Virus record (IMG/VR): IMGVR_UViG_3300037195_001698
Location: 1-45,280 of that record
DNA from: a virus
Taxonomy: Duplodnaviria > Caudoviricetes
Length of the DNA: 45,280 nucleotides
Strand: one strand, 5' to 3'
The notes under the pieces were generated by a model. It did not search any database. It worked only from the letters and a program-made list of their open reading frames with translations, and was not told the DNA's origin. This document shows positions 15,164 to 22,901 of the stretch, piece by piece (within the stretch, counting starts at the first letter, position 1; every line of letters begins with the position of its first letter). Made by a program: the position numbers and the translations under genes.

Positions 15164-15521
15164 AGCTTACAAAGAACGAAAAAGAGAGAAGCAGCGTAAA
15201 GCATATAAAGAGGACTTAGAGGAGAGCAGAAGGTATGAACGAGAGAAGAAGCAGCGGCAATATGCTGCCAACCGGGAGGCAATTAATGAGCGCAAACGCG
15301 AGTACTATAGGAGAAACAAAGAGCGGCTCAGAAAAAAAATCTATGCAAACCGAATCAAAAGGGATCCAAGTATTGGACTCAAAACCGCCGTTGAAAAGTT
15401 TGAGCGAGGAGAACTCAGCTTCGCTGAGCTTGATCGACTCTACAGCGATCGACTTGCAATCTTACATGCGGGGGATGTTTGCGAATCAACCAGAGCCGGA
15501 AATAAGGAGTCATCAAGTTGA
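15111..15521 (+). CDS. Basic helical-repeat protein (K/R-Y repeats like HNH/terminase-associated N-termini)
   Basis: RKAYKE, QRQYAANRE and REYYRRNKE repeats. Confidence 0.5.
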   Translation: MDFLDGWWRVGRWRTRNEAYKERKREKQRKAYKEDLEESRRYEREKKQRQYAANREAINERKREYYRRNKERLRKKIYANRIKRDPSIGLKTAVEKFERGELSFAELDRLYSDRLAILHAGDVCESTRAGNKESSS

Positions 15522-15627
15522 CAAGGTGATGGCCGCTGCTGCGATCGGACGAACAATCAATGAGCTGATAAAAACTAAAGTTGAAGTCGTCAAGGTAGGG
15601 CAGACCCTGTCCGAGCTCGAAAAATAA
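15235..15627 (+). CDS. Hypothetical protein overlapping the previous ORF in another frame
   Basis: GGAG..AAGGT before ATG; amphipathic C-terminal helices; fills the gap up to 15644. Confidence 0.45.
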   Translation: MNERRSSGNMLPTGRQLMSANASTIGETKSGSEKKSMQTESKGIQVLDSKPPLKSLSEENSASLSLIDSTAIDLQSYMRGMFANQPEPEIRSHQVDKVMAAAAIGRTINELIKTKVEVVKVGQTLSELEK

Positions 15628-15643
15628 AATAATCTTTTAAGAT

Positions 15644-15880
15644 TTGCTTAGGCAAACAAACAGTGAAGGAGCAGTGGTGAAGGATAAATTAAATCATGGG
15701 TTTCAAAATCTAATTAGGCTTGGAAGTCTAATGTTCCTTGGCCCAGTAATGATCGGGATATGGCTTGTGTTCGCGATAGTATTTCCATTTAGAAAGAGAT
15801 TTTGGGACGGGTCACTTCAGTTTGAGTGGGGATGGGAAGCGATGGCAGATCAATTCAGGTATATGAAAGAAAATCTTTAA
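15644..15880 (+). CDS. Small membrane protein
   Basis: Transmembrane segment LGSLMFLGPVMIGIWLVFAIVFPF; AAGGAG Shine-Dalgarno before an internal GTG. Confidence 0.55.
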   Translation: MLRQTNSEGAVVKDKLNHGFQNLIRLGSLMFLGPVMIGIWLVFAIVFPFRKRFWDGSLQFEWGWEAMADQFRYMKENL

Positions 15881-15890
15881 GGGGGTTGGC

Positions 15891-15959
15891 GTGACGTTTT
15901 GGCGTGATGAGCTTCAGGGATTACTAGATCAGTTTGAGGAAAATGAGGGGGAAGGGTGA
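15891..15959 (+). CDS. Possible 22-aa micro-ORF (MTFWRDELQGLLDQFEENEGEG)
   Basis: AAGGGGG Shine-Dalgarno; GTGA overlap with the next gene. Confidence 0.35.
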   Translation: MTFWRDELQGLLDQFEENEGEG

Positions 15960-16168
15960 AGCCGGTTCGTTACAGTAAGCAGGTTTTCAAATTTTGCTAT
16001 GGACATCGCCCTTACAAATTGACGCTCTGGAATCGGGTTCGTCTATATTTTAGGCCTATGCAGGTTTCAATTGATTTCGGTTATCGACGTTGTGACCCCA
16101 GTGTGGCTGTTTATTTCAAGGAGATGGATGGAAAGATTTATATGTTGGGTGAGAGGGGTAGGTTGTGA
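15956..16168 (+). CDS. Hypothetical protein
   Basis: GAGGGGG Shine-Dalgarno; GTGA overlap with the next gene. Confidence 0.55.
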   Translation: MKPVRYSKQVFKFCYGHRPYKLTLWNRVRLYFRPMQVSIDFGYRRCDPSVAVYFKEMDGKIYMLGERGRL

Positions 16169-16629
16169 CAAAAGTAGATAGTGAGAAGTTACGGGAAACC
16201 CAAGTTTTCACGCCTGCGTGGGTCACTAACGCCATGCTGGATATGTTGGATCAAGATGTCTTTACTTCGCAAGAATCGTACTTTTTTGAGCCGAGCTGCG
16301 GAGATGGGCAGATGCTTGTTGTTTTGCTCGATCGAATTTTTGAAGCATTGTTTAAGAAATATGACAGCGACCCTGATAAAGCCCTCGCGGATACCCTTCA
16401 TAAGTTTTTTGCGATCGAACTAGATGAAACTCTCGTGGCTAAAGCACGGATGAGAGTTTACGAGTGGGCTGTTGCAAAACTCGATCGATCTCCGACTGAG
16501 TTAGAAGCCTACTTGATTGCTCGCGCGATTCAGCAAAATCTAGAGTGCGAGGATTTTTTTAACATATTCGGGAAGCCTGAGAGGCAGCCGATTAAGCGAA
16601 AGCTGATGAAAGGGTCTGAGGGAAAGTGA
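16165..16629 (+). CDS. Truncated amino-methyltransferase-like protein (SAM-binding half only)
   Basis: QVFTP (motif X), FEPSCGDG (motif I), AIELD (motif II) and EDFF; no NPPY/DPPY. Confidence 0.7.
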   Translation: MTKVDSEKLRETQVFTPAWVTNAMLDMLDQDVFTSQESYFFEPSCGDGQMLVVLLDRIFEALFKKYDSDPDKALADTLHKFFAIELDETLVAKARMRVYEWAVAKLDRSPTELEAYLIARAIQQNLECEDFFNIFGKPERQPIKRKLMKGSEGK

Positions 16630-16910
16630 CAGATTTAGAATCCGCAAACGAAACCATGAAAGAGTACGCTGAGAATTGCCCGACCGTCGATATAGGCAAT
16701 ATGTTTTTTGCAGCAAGTGTGTTCCGTGCTGAGCTTGGGCGGAAACAAAAACAGGCTGATGAGCTTCTGGATGCTTTGGTTTGCATGTCTATTCGCTATG
16801 AATTTCTAGGCCTCGAATCGAGCTCGCGTATTTTTAATCGGACAGCTTTCAAGCCTATACCTTCTAGTGTGCTTGAGGTGCTCAGGAAACACAAGGTGGT
16901 GAAATCATGA
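16626..16910 (+). CDS. Hypothetical protein
   Basis: GTGA and ATGA coupling on both sides. Confidence 0.6.
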   Translation: MTDLESANETMKEYAENCPTVDIGNMFFAASVFRAELGRKQKQADELLDALVCMSIRYEFLGLESSSRIFNRTAFKPIPSSVLEVLRKHKVVKS

Positions 16911-17266
16911 CCGAAAAAGAACTAGAAGAAATTGATGCGATGGCAAAGGGTGCTACTGAGGGGCCTTATCATTTGGTAAGGCATTTTAACGGGCCAGTAG
17001 CAAAAGACGGTGAAGGATTTTTTCAGATTTGTGAGTTTAATCGGAATATGCCGAACTGGGTTAAGGATGAGCAGTTTTATATGCAGTCACGCACATACGT
17101 ACCCAAGCTTGTCGCTGAGGTGAGGCGGTTGCGTGGTTTTGTTCATTACGTAAATGATCGAATGAAATTTAGAAAGCCTGGAACTACTGAACTTGTGGGT
17201 CCGAAAGAGCTGGATGAATTGCTAGATAACTGGGAGCCGGAAAACAAAAAGAACCCGAGTTTTTGA
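16907..17266 (+). CDS. Ead/Ea22-like protein
   Basis: ELEEIDAMAKGATEGPY...SRTYVPKLVAEVRRLR pattern. Confidence 0.6.
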   Translation: MTEKELEEIDAMAKGATEGPYHLVRHFNGPVAKDGEGFFQICEFNRNMPNWVKDEQFYMQSRTYVPKLVAEVRRLRGFVHYVNDRMKFRKPGTTELVGPKELDELLDNWEPENKKNPSF

Positions 17267-17301
17267 GAGTTTAAAACTGTAAGTGATTGAAAGGATTGAA
17301 A

Positions 17302-18117
17302 ATGATCAACGCTGACGGACTCACAACAGACGAACGCGGAAACCTAATGCAATTGCAACGGGGCAAGCTCGAAGGCGGTGACTCTTTGAATTGGACCGGC
17401 CATAAGTGCTTTTATGAGTGGTTCTTGGGGGTCGGTGGAAGTACGCTAGCGACGGTTAGGTTTTTTATCAAGGAGGGTGGCTTTGTTCGGTATCCAGATC
17501 CGGCGATGACCAACAACGGCTTTGGCGCGTTCTTTGAGAATATCTTTAACGGGTGTATTTCAAAAGACCAGTTAACAGGTAAGTATCTAATGCATATTGC
17601 CCTGCTGCCCACGGGGGACTCTGAATTTGAAAAAGAGGTTATCGAAATATATAAGCAGGCTTGTTATTGGGACCATGGTCAAAGAAGTTTCCGCCACGCA
17701 AACAACGTAATCCACAATGGCCAAGACCCATACAAAGATAAAACGAGAAAACTACCAGACCCAACGGGCCGAGATATTTCAGCACTGTTGACCCGAGTCG
17801 TTGGCGGCAAGAAAACATTTTTCGGGCTTGTGCTTTTGAACATCGCTGACACCCAAATGTTTTGGAATACTGTACTTCTGTACACTTTCAGACGGGATGA
17901 AAATGATCTTGTATCCTACACCGGGAAACTCATTGCATCGATGGCAGTCAGTCCGACGCTTGTGTCGAAGCTTACTTGGTGGATTGCACCAAAGCAGCGT
18001 CTAAAAGATGCGGCCCAGATCTACTGGGACAACCCGGATAAAGACAAAACACAAAGGTATCAGCCTGGCATGGTTAGATTAACATGTGCTGCGATTGATA
18101 AAGTGGAAAGGGGGTGA
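17302..18117 (+). CDS. Hypothetical protein (about 270 aa)
   Basis: AAGGA Shine-Dalgarno; long ORF with EGGDS, FVRYPD and ISKDQL. Confidence 0.7.
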   Translation: MINADGLTTDERGNLMQLQRGKLEGGDSLNWTGHKCFYEWFLGVGGSTLATVRFFIKEGGFVRYPDPAMTNNGFGAFFENIFNGCISKDQLTGKYLMHIALLPTGDSEFEKEVIEIYKQACYWDHGQRSFRHANNVIHNGQDPYKDKTRKLPDPTGRDISALLTRVVGGKKTFFGLVLLNIADTQMFWNTVLLYTFRRDENDLVSYTGKLIASMAVSPTLVSKLTWWIAPKQRLKDAAQIYWDNPDKDKTQRYQPGMVRLTCAAIDKVERG

Positions 18118-18118
18118 A

Positions 18119-18637
18119 ATGAAAGAATCATATTATGAATTGAAAGCGAAAGTTCTCAACCTAGAACTCGAGATCGATGGGGCATATAGAAAGGTTCTAG
18201 CGGAGGCGTCACAGAAGGTGTTTGATAAGCATCCTGGCCTTAGTTCGTTTTCTTGGCTCCAGCGTACTCCATTTTTCTATGGAGATGAGCCATGCGAATT
18301 GAGCAGCTACGACATACGCCACGTCGTTTATTGGGGTGAGGACTTTCTGGGTGGATGCGTATATTTTGATATGTGTGACTGTAAGGAAGACTGCGAATGT
18401 GATGGTTTCTTATCAGAATATGAGCGCCACAAATATCAAGTGGTGTTAGACTGCCATCGATCACTTTGCAGCCTAGATGTATTTGACCCAATGGTGCGTG
18501 CAATGTTTGATAAATACTTTTTCACGTTGAGTCGAGAAGGGCTGAGTTATTGGCATACAGCAGACCCGGATGAGCCGAACTCGCGTTTGGATTTGGAAGA
18601 TGAAAGTGAGGACTCAGATGAAGATACTGGGAATTGA
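18119..18637 (+). CDS. Hypothetical protein, Cys-rich and acidic
   Basis: GGGGG Shine-Dalgarno; FSWLQRTPFFYGDEPC. Confidence 0.65.
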   Translation: MKESYYELKAKVLNLELEIDGAYRKVLAEASQKVFDKHPGLSSFSWLQRTPFFYGDEPCELSSYDIRHVVYWGEDFLGGCVYFDMCDCKEDCECDGFLSEYERHKYQVVLDCHRSLCSLDVFDPMVRAMFDKYFFTLSREGLSYWHTADPDEPNSRLDLEDESEDSDEDTGN

Positions 18638-19352
18638 TTTTGAAACAACTGGGCTCGACCGCGAGCGCGATCAGATCATCGAGGTTGGTGCTGTGCTTTG
18701 GGACGTTGAGGCGTCGCAGCCTGTAAAGATTTTGAGTGAGATGATAAAGCCTGAGGGCGTAACCGAACTGAGCCCCGAGGTGGAGAGTATCACGGGCCTA
18801 AAGATGTCGATGCTTGAGCGATATGGCACATCATACCGAGAGGTGTGGACGAGAGCTCTGGGTGAGATGGCAAAGTGTGCCGATGTTTTTATGGCTCACA
18901 ACGCACCCTTTGATCGGGCGTTCTATGAGCGGGCCATAAGGGACAACGGGCTTGACCCCGGTGAGAAAAAGATCTGGATCAACTCGGAAACCGATCTTCC
19001 AAACAGGGCCTATGAAAAAGGCAGGTCTCGGTCTTTGAGTTATCTGGCGGCCGACCATGGCTTTTTAAATCCGTTTCCTCACCGAGCTGTTACTGACGTG
19101 CTGACCATGTTCAAGGTGTTTGAGCCCTACAGTAACGAGATGGACTTGATCATCGAGCAAGCGATGTCTCCAAGGTTGCTGGTTATTGCTCAGGTCAGCT
19201 TTGAGGACAAGGACTTGGCTAAAAACGCTGGGTTCAAGTGGAATGCTGATCAGAAAACTTGGGAGATGCTGAAACGAAAGTGTGACATGTGGGAAAGGAA
19301 CCCGTTTGAATTCCCCATTAAGGTCATCGAGCAAGGGGGACCGAATGACTAA
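18618..19352 (+). CDS. DEDDh 3'-5' exonuclease (DnaQ-like)
   Basis: GIDFETTG, AHNAPFD and HRAVTDV; C-terminal FEDKDLAKNAGFKW domain. Confidence 0.92.
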   Translation: MKILGIDFETTGLDRERDQIIEVGAVLWDVEASQPVKILSEMIKPEGVTELSPEVESITGLKMSMLERYGTSYREVWTRALGEMAKCADVFMAHNAPFDRAFYERAIRDNGLDPGEKKIWINSETDLPNRAYEKGRSRSLSYLAADHGFLNPFPHRAVTDVLTMFKVFEPYSNEMDLIIEQAMSPRLLVIAQVSFEDKDLAKNAGFKWNADQKTWEMLKRKCDMWERNPFEFPIKVIEQGGPND

Positions 19353-19569
19353 AGCTGGTAGGACCATTGAGGAGTGCGCATTAGAACTTGTTAATCTCCT
19401 TGTGTTTCATGATGGGGTCGGACTTCCTGAAGCGCTCGCCAGTGTTGAGAAGATCCTGATTGAAAAGGCTTTAGAGGTGACTGACGGGAATAAGTCAGGA
19501 GCTGCCAAATTATTGAACCTTAAGCGAAGCACCTTTATAGAGAAGGTTAAGCGATTGGAGATTCAATGA
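19345..19569 (+). CDS. Stand-alone Fis-family HTH protein
   Basis: EKILIEKALEVTDGNKSGAAKLLNLKRSTFIEKVKRL (HTH_8). Confidence 0.85.
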   Translation: MTKAGRTIEECALELVNLLVFHDGVGLPEALASVEKILIEKALEVTDGNKSGAAKLLNLKRSTFIEKVKRLEIQ

Positions 19570-19853
19570 AGTGCCCTGTGACCGGCAAAGAGTGCAGCTC
19601 TGAGGAGACCTTTGAGGTCAAGATCATTCTTGGGAATGAGAAGGGGGTGTTCGGTGAGGGGCGCCTCACTTCGCCAACCACGGGTGAGCCTGTCACGGTT
19701 TGCCCTGAGTGCAAGGATGAATGCACGATCAGCACCTTTGTTAACGATCTTGAGTGGGAAGCCAATAACAAGGTCCACCGAGAACACAAAGCGCCAGAGG
19801 CTTTAAAGGGAAAGAGCCATCTGGAATTCAAACCATCCAAAAAGCGAAAATAA
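19566..19853 (+). CDS. Cys-rich hypothetical protein (Zn-binding)
   Basis: CPVTGKEC and VCPECKDEC. Confidence 0.6.
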   Translation: MKCPVTGKECSSEETFEVKIILGNEKGVFGEGRLTSPTTGEPVTVCPECKDECTISTFVNDLEWEANNKVHREHKAPEALKGKSHLEFKPSKKRK

Positions 19854-19860
19854 TGACGCC

Positions 19861-19887
19861 TTACGTTTAAATGTAGGGCCTCGATAA
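19861..19887 (+). promoter_or_regulatory. Putative phage-sigma promoter 1
   Basis: TTACG-N16-CGATAA in an intergenic gap; same motif and spacing at 22869 and 27161. Confidence 0.65.
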
Positions 19888-19905
19888 AGTCCAGCAACCG
19901 GCAAA

Positions 19906-20289
19906 GTGGGGGCCGAACTGGACGAAATTAAGTTTGTTATCAACGATATACCAAAGCCGCTGAACAAGACATTGCGGATGAACCGCTATGAACGCTCGCA
20001 CTACTACCATCGTTGGTACAATCTCGTCAGACTGCATGTAATCAAGATGCGACCCGCAAAACCCTGGGAGAGGGTGAAATTACAAATCTATGTCTACCTT
20101 CCTAAAAGGAGGTTCCGTGATTATGACGGGCTGGTGGGCTCTGCCAAACCTTTGGCGGATGGGCTTACCCGCGCTGGCATCATCAAGGATGACAATTACG
20201 TTGTGACGGGGCAGTGGGATGTGCAGCAGTTTTCCGAGCCAGACAAGGCAAAGACTCGGGTCGAAGTTAAAATCCAACGAGTTGAATGA
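19906..20289 (+). CDS. RusA-like Holliday junction resolvase
   Basis: PKPLN and RDYDGLVGSAKPLADGLTRAGIIKDDN. Confidence 0.75.
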   Translation: MGAELDEIKFVINDIPKPLNKTLRMNRYERSHYYHRWYNLVRLHVIKMRPAKPWERVKLQIYVYLPKRRFRDYDGLVGSAKPLADGLTRAGIIKDDNYVVTGQWDVQQFSEPDKAKTRVEVKIQRVE

Positions 20290-20509
20290 GGGCGCAAGGA
20301 TCGAGTGTCCTTACTGTTTCAGAGTCTTGGGACGACTAACCCGCAAGATCCGGCGCGGGGACACGATCAAGGCTGCGGACATTGGTGGGGGAATCGAATT
20401 TAAAAAAGGCTCGAACACCGTTTGTCCAACCTGTCGAAGGCACTTTCTTTTTCAAAATCCAGAGCGCGGGATCCTTTGTTTCATTGAGGGTGAATGGAGA
20501 CGCCTGTGA
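20282..20509 (+). CDS. Zn-ribbon protein
   Basis: CPYC...CPTC; likely TTG start at 20282. Confidence 0.6.
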   Translation: MNEGARIECPYCFRVLGRLTRKIRRGDTIKAADIGGGIEFKKGSNTVCPTCRRHFLFQNPERGILCFIEGEWRRL

Positions 20510-21327
20510 GGTTCGCTCTGTTTCCCCCTAGCAAGGGTGAGCCTATGGATGAGAAAAACAATGTTCCTTTGGACGAGCTGCTTTCGTACTTGGACGCCCA
20601 GGTCCGGCGCAACCTCAACATCTATGCGAGCACTCTGCCCTTCGAGCAGAAAGATGAGATCATCCAAGATGCCAGGTTGCGTATCATAAGATATTCGAAA
20701 AAGTACGACATCGAAAAAGACAAGGGCTGGAAAGCTTTGATTCAAAAGAAAAGCCGGGGCTATGTGCTCGACTATATCCGTGGGCGCAAAGGTTTTATGG
20801 AGTCAAAACTTGGCTCGGATGAGCAAAAATCTGATGAGCAAGATGGTCAAACCCCAAAACCATACACAAAACGAGTAAGCACCACTGGCGTGGGACCCGA
20901 TGGGGAGGATATCCTTGAGCGTGTTATTGATTCAAAACATCATTGCGACCTTAAGTCTAACCTGGATCAAGCAAACTGGGATCTAATTTCACGCATGGCA
21001 TTCCATGATCCATTGATCCACATCGTAGCAAAGCGGATCCTGGGATTTTCACAAGATGAGCTTGCTACAATCTTCCGCGTCAGCCGTGAGAGGATCTCTC
21101 AGTGCGAACGTGAGTTCAGGGAAAAGCTTGATTCCCCGGACTACATCAAGAGTCGTTGGGTTGCACAAACCATCTATGCCTTTGGGCTTTCTGATCAGTA
21201 TCACCAAAACACCGGGGACCTGGGCATTGGATACGAGTATGAACCTGTTGATCTGATGTCGGACAGCGACAACTATCTTGAGCAGATTAGCCCTCAGCTC
21301 TCATTTGACCTTGGTGAAGCGCATTAG
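20494..21327 (+). CDS. Phage sigma70-family factor (probable late-gene sigma)
   Basis: Region 2 DEIIQDARLRI...RGYVLDYIR; region 4 FSQDELATIFRVSRERISQ; directly before terS; start may be 20545. Confidence 0.8.
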   Translation: METPVRFALFPPSKGEPMDEKNNVPLDELLSYLDAQVRRNLNIYASTLPFEQKDEIIQDARLRIIRYSKKYDIEKDKGWKALIQKKSRGYVLDYIRGRKGFMESKLGSDEQKSDEQDGQTPKPYTKRVSTTGVGPDGEDILERVIDSKHHCDLKSNLDQANWDLISRMAFHDPLIHIVAKRILGFSQDELATIFRVSRERISQCEREFREKLDSPDYIKSRWVAQTIYAFGLSDQYHQNTGDLGIGYEYEPVDLMSDSDNYLEQISPQLSFDLGEAH

Positions 21328-21329
21328 TC

Positions 21330-22103
21330 ATGGCCACATCGAAAAAGAAGACCACAACAAAGAAGAGCTCGGCCAAGAAGAGATCAACCAAGACCGCATC
21401 AAACAAGTTTGAGACCTCAATCTCAGCGTCGATCGAGCGGATTGAAAGCGGCGAGGCGAACACCCGAAAGAAGTACACAAAAGAGTGTGTCGAGATAGCG
21501 CATCGAATGATGAGCCAGGGGTTTTCGCTGCGGCTTTTGGCATTGGAACTTGGCGTCAACAGGGCGACTGTGCTGCTTTGGAGAAAACAACACGCCCCAT
21601 TTTCTGACGCCATTAGGCAGGGAAAGGAAAAGTTTTTGCTCGGGCTGCCTCGAAGGGCCATCGAGTGGCTCTCAAACGGGCGGACGCTTACGAGCTTTGC
21701 TGGCCAGTGCAATATGTCTAAAGAGACGCTTTATCAGATCATCAACATGTGGCCAGAGCTGAAAGAGGCCGTTGAGATCGGCCGAGCCAAGGGGCAAGAA
21801 TTCTGGGAAGACCTTGCGATCAAGCAAGCAAAGGGTGAGCTCACAGTCCACCTGGGCGACATTCCAGTCATCGCCTATGGGAGTATCGTCAAAGACGATG
21901 ATGGCAACATCATCAAAAACCCCAATATCCAGCAGGCCAGATACTCTGATCGCGCTCTGATTTTCGTTATGCAAAACCAGTACGATGACTATAAGCCTCA
22001 AAAAGACGTCAGTGACGATGACAGCGACTCGCTCAAAGAGGCGATCGAGGACTTCGACAGGCTAGTCAGTGAGGGCAAAATCCAGCTGCCTTTTAAAAGC
22101 TAA
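21330..22103 (+). CDS. Terminase small subunit with tandem HTH domains
   Basis: KKYTKEC, two HTH blocks, GQEFWED and LIFVMQN; upstream of terL. Confidence 0.75.
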   Translation: MATSKKKTTTKKSSAKKRSTKTASNKFETSISASIERIESGEANTRKKYTKECVEIAHRMMSQGFSLRLLALELGVNRATVLLWRKQHAPFSDAIRQGKEKFLLGLPRRAIEWLSNGRTLTSFAGQCNMSKETLYQIINMWPELKEAVEIGRAKGQEFWEDLAIKQAKGELTVHLGDIPVIAYGSIVKDDDGNIIKNPNIQQARYSDRALIFVMQNQYDDYKPQKDVSDDDSDSLKEAIEDFDRLVSEGKIQLPFKS

Positions 22104-22189
22104 GGCCTATAGATCTTTCTCGGTCTTGGTTTTTTGTTTACATCATCCGCTGTTTTGATGTTTAAAAGTGGCTCAATCTAGGAGCTGGT

Positions 22190-22867
22190 TTGGTATCGCT
22201 TTTTTTCTATGAGTTCATTTTGGCCACAGCCAAGGATCTGCTTTTGGTCCTTGCGAACAATGCCTTGGAGCTATCGGCTGTTGTGATCTCATACTCGGCT
22301 TACCGGGATAGTGTTGAGAGCAGGCGATTAAGCCAGGAGTCCGAAAAAAGAGCTCAAGAGCTTGCTGCGAGAACCTCTGAGCGAGATCAATATGACCGCA
22401 AGCTTGAGAGGTTTAATGCCAGGGTGCGAGAGTGGATTGAGGACTTACTCACAGAGCGCGAAGACCGCATAGAGCACTTGCATTATGCTCTCAGGATTTA
22501 CAAAGTCTATGGGTATTGGAAGCATCTTAAAATATCAAAAGAGGATGCTCTTGCCGAGATCGAGCTGAACACTCCAACCTCTATAACGACATCAAGAAAA
22601 AACAGCCCGCTTTCATGCTTTGAAGATGCCTTTGAATTCATTCGAATATTAGAGGAGTGGATATCAAACGAGAGTTTTCCTCGCGAACTTCACATTGCAC
22701 GTGAACAGGTTAGAGACCTGATGTTTAGAGAGAATACAAAAGAGCTTCTAAACCACGGCGCAATCACGAAAAAAGAGTATGAGCGACGACTCAAGGAAGA
22801 TCTACCCTCTGTGGTCGGTGAAGACTATGTGCCCCCTAGCGTAAGTTTTAAGCCTCTTAAGACGTAG
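22190..22867 (+). CDS. Membrane-anchored moron protein between terS and terL
   Basis: AGGAG Shine-Dalgarno; hydrophobic N-terminus followed by a coiled coil. Confidence 0.65.
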   Translation: MVSLFFYEFILATAKDLLLVLANNALELSAVVISYSAYRDSVESRRLSQESEKRAQELAARTSERDQYDRKLERFNARVREWIEDLLTEREDRIEHLHYALRIYKVYGYWKHLKISKEDALAEIELNTPTSITTSRKNSPLSCFEDAFEFIRILEEWISNESFPRELHIAREQVRDLMFRENTKELLNHGAITKKEYERRLKEDLPSVVGEDYVPPSVSFKPLKT

Positions 22868-22868
22868 G

Positions 22869-22896
22869 TTCCGAAGCCGCCTCTCCTTTCGATAAG
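22869..22896 (+). promoter_or_regulatory. Putative phage-sigma promoter 2 (terL)
   Basis: TTCCG-N16-CGATAAG ending 5 nt before the terL GTG. Confidence 0.65.
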
Positions 22897-22901
22897 AAAG
22901 T

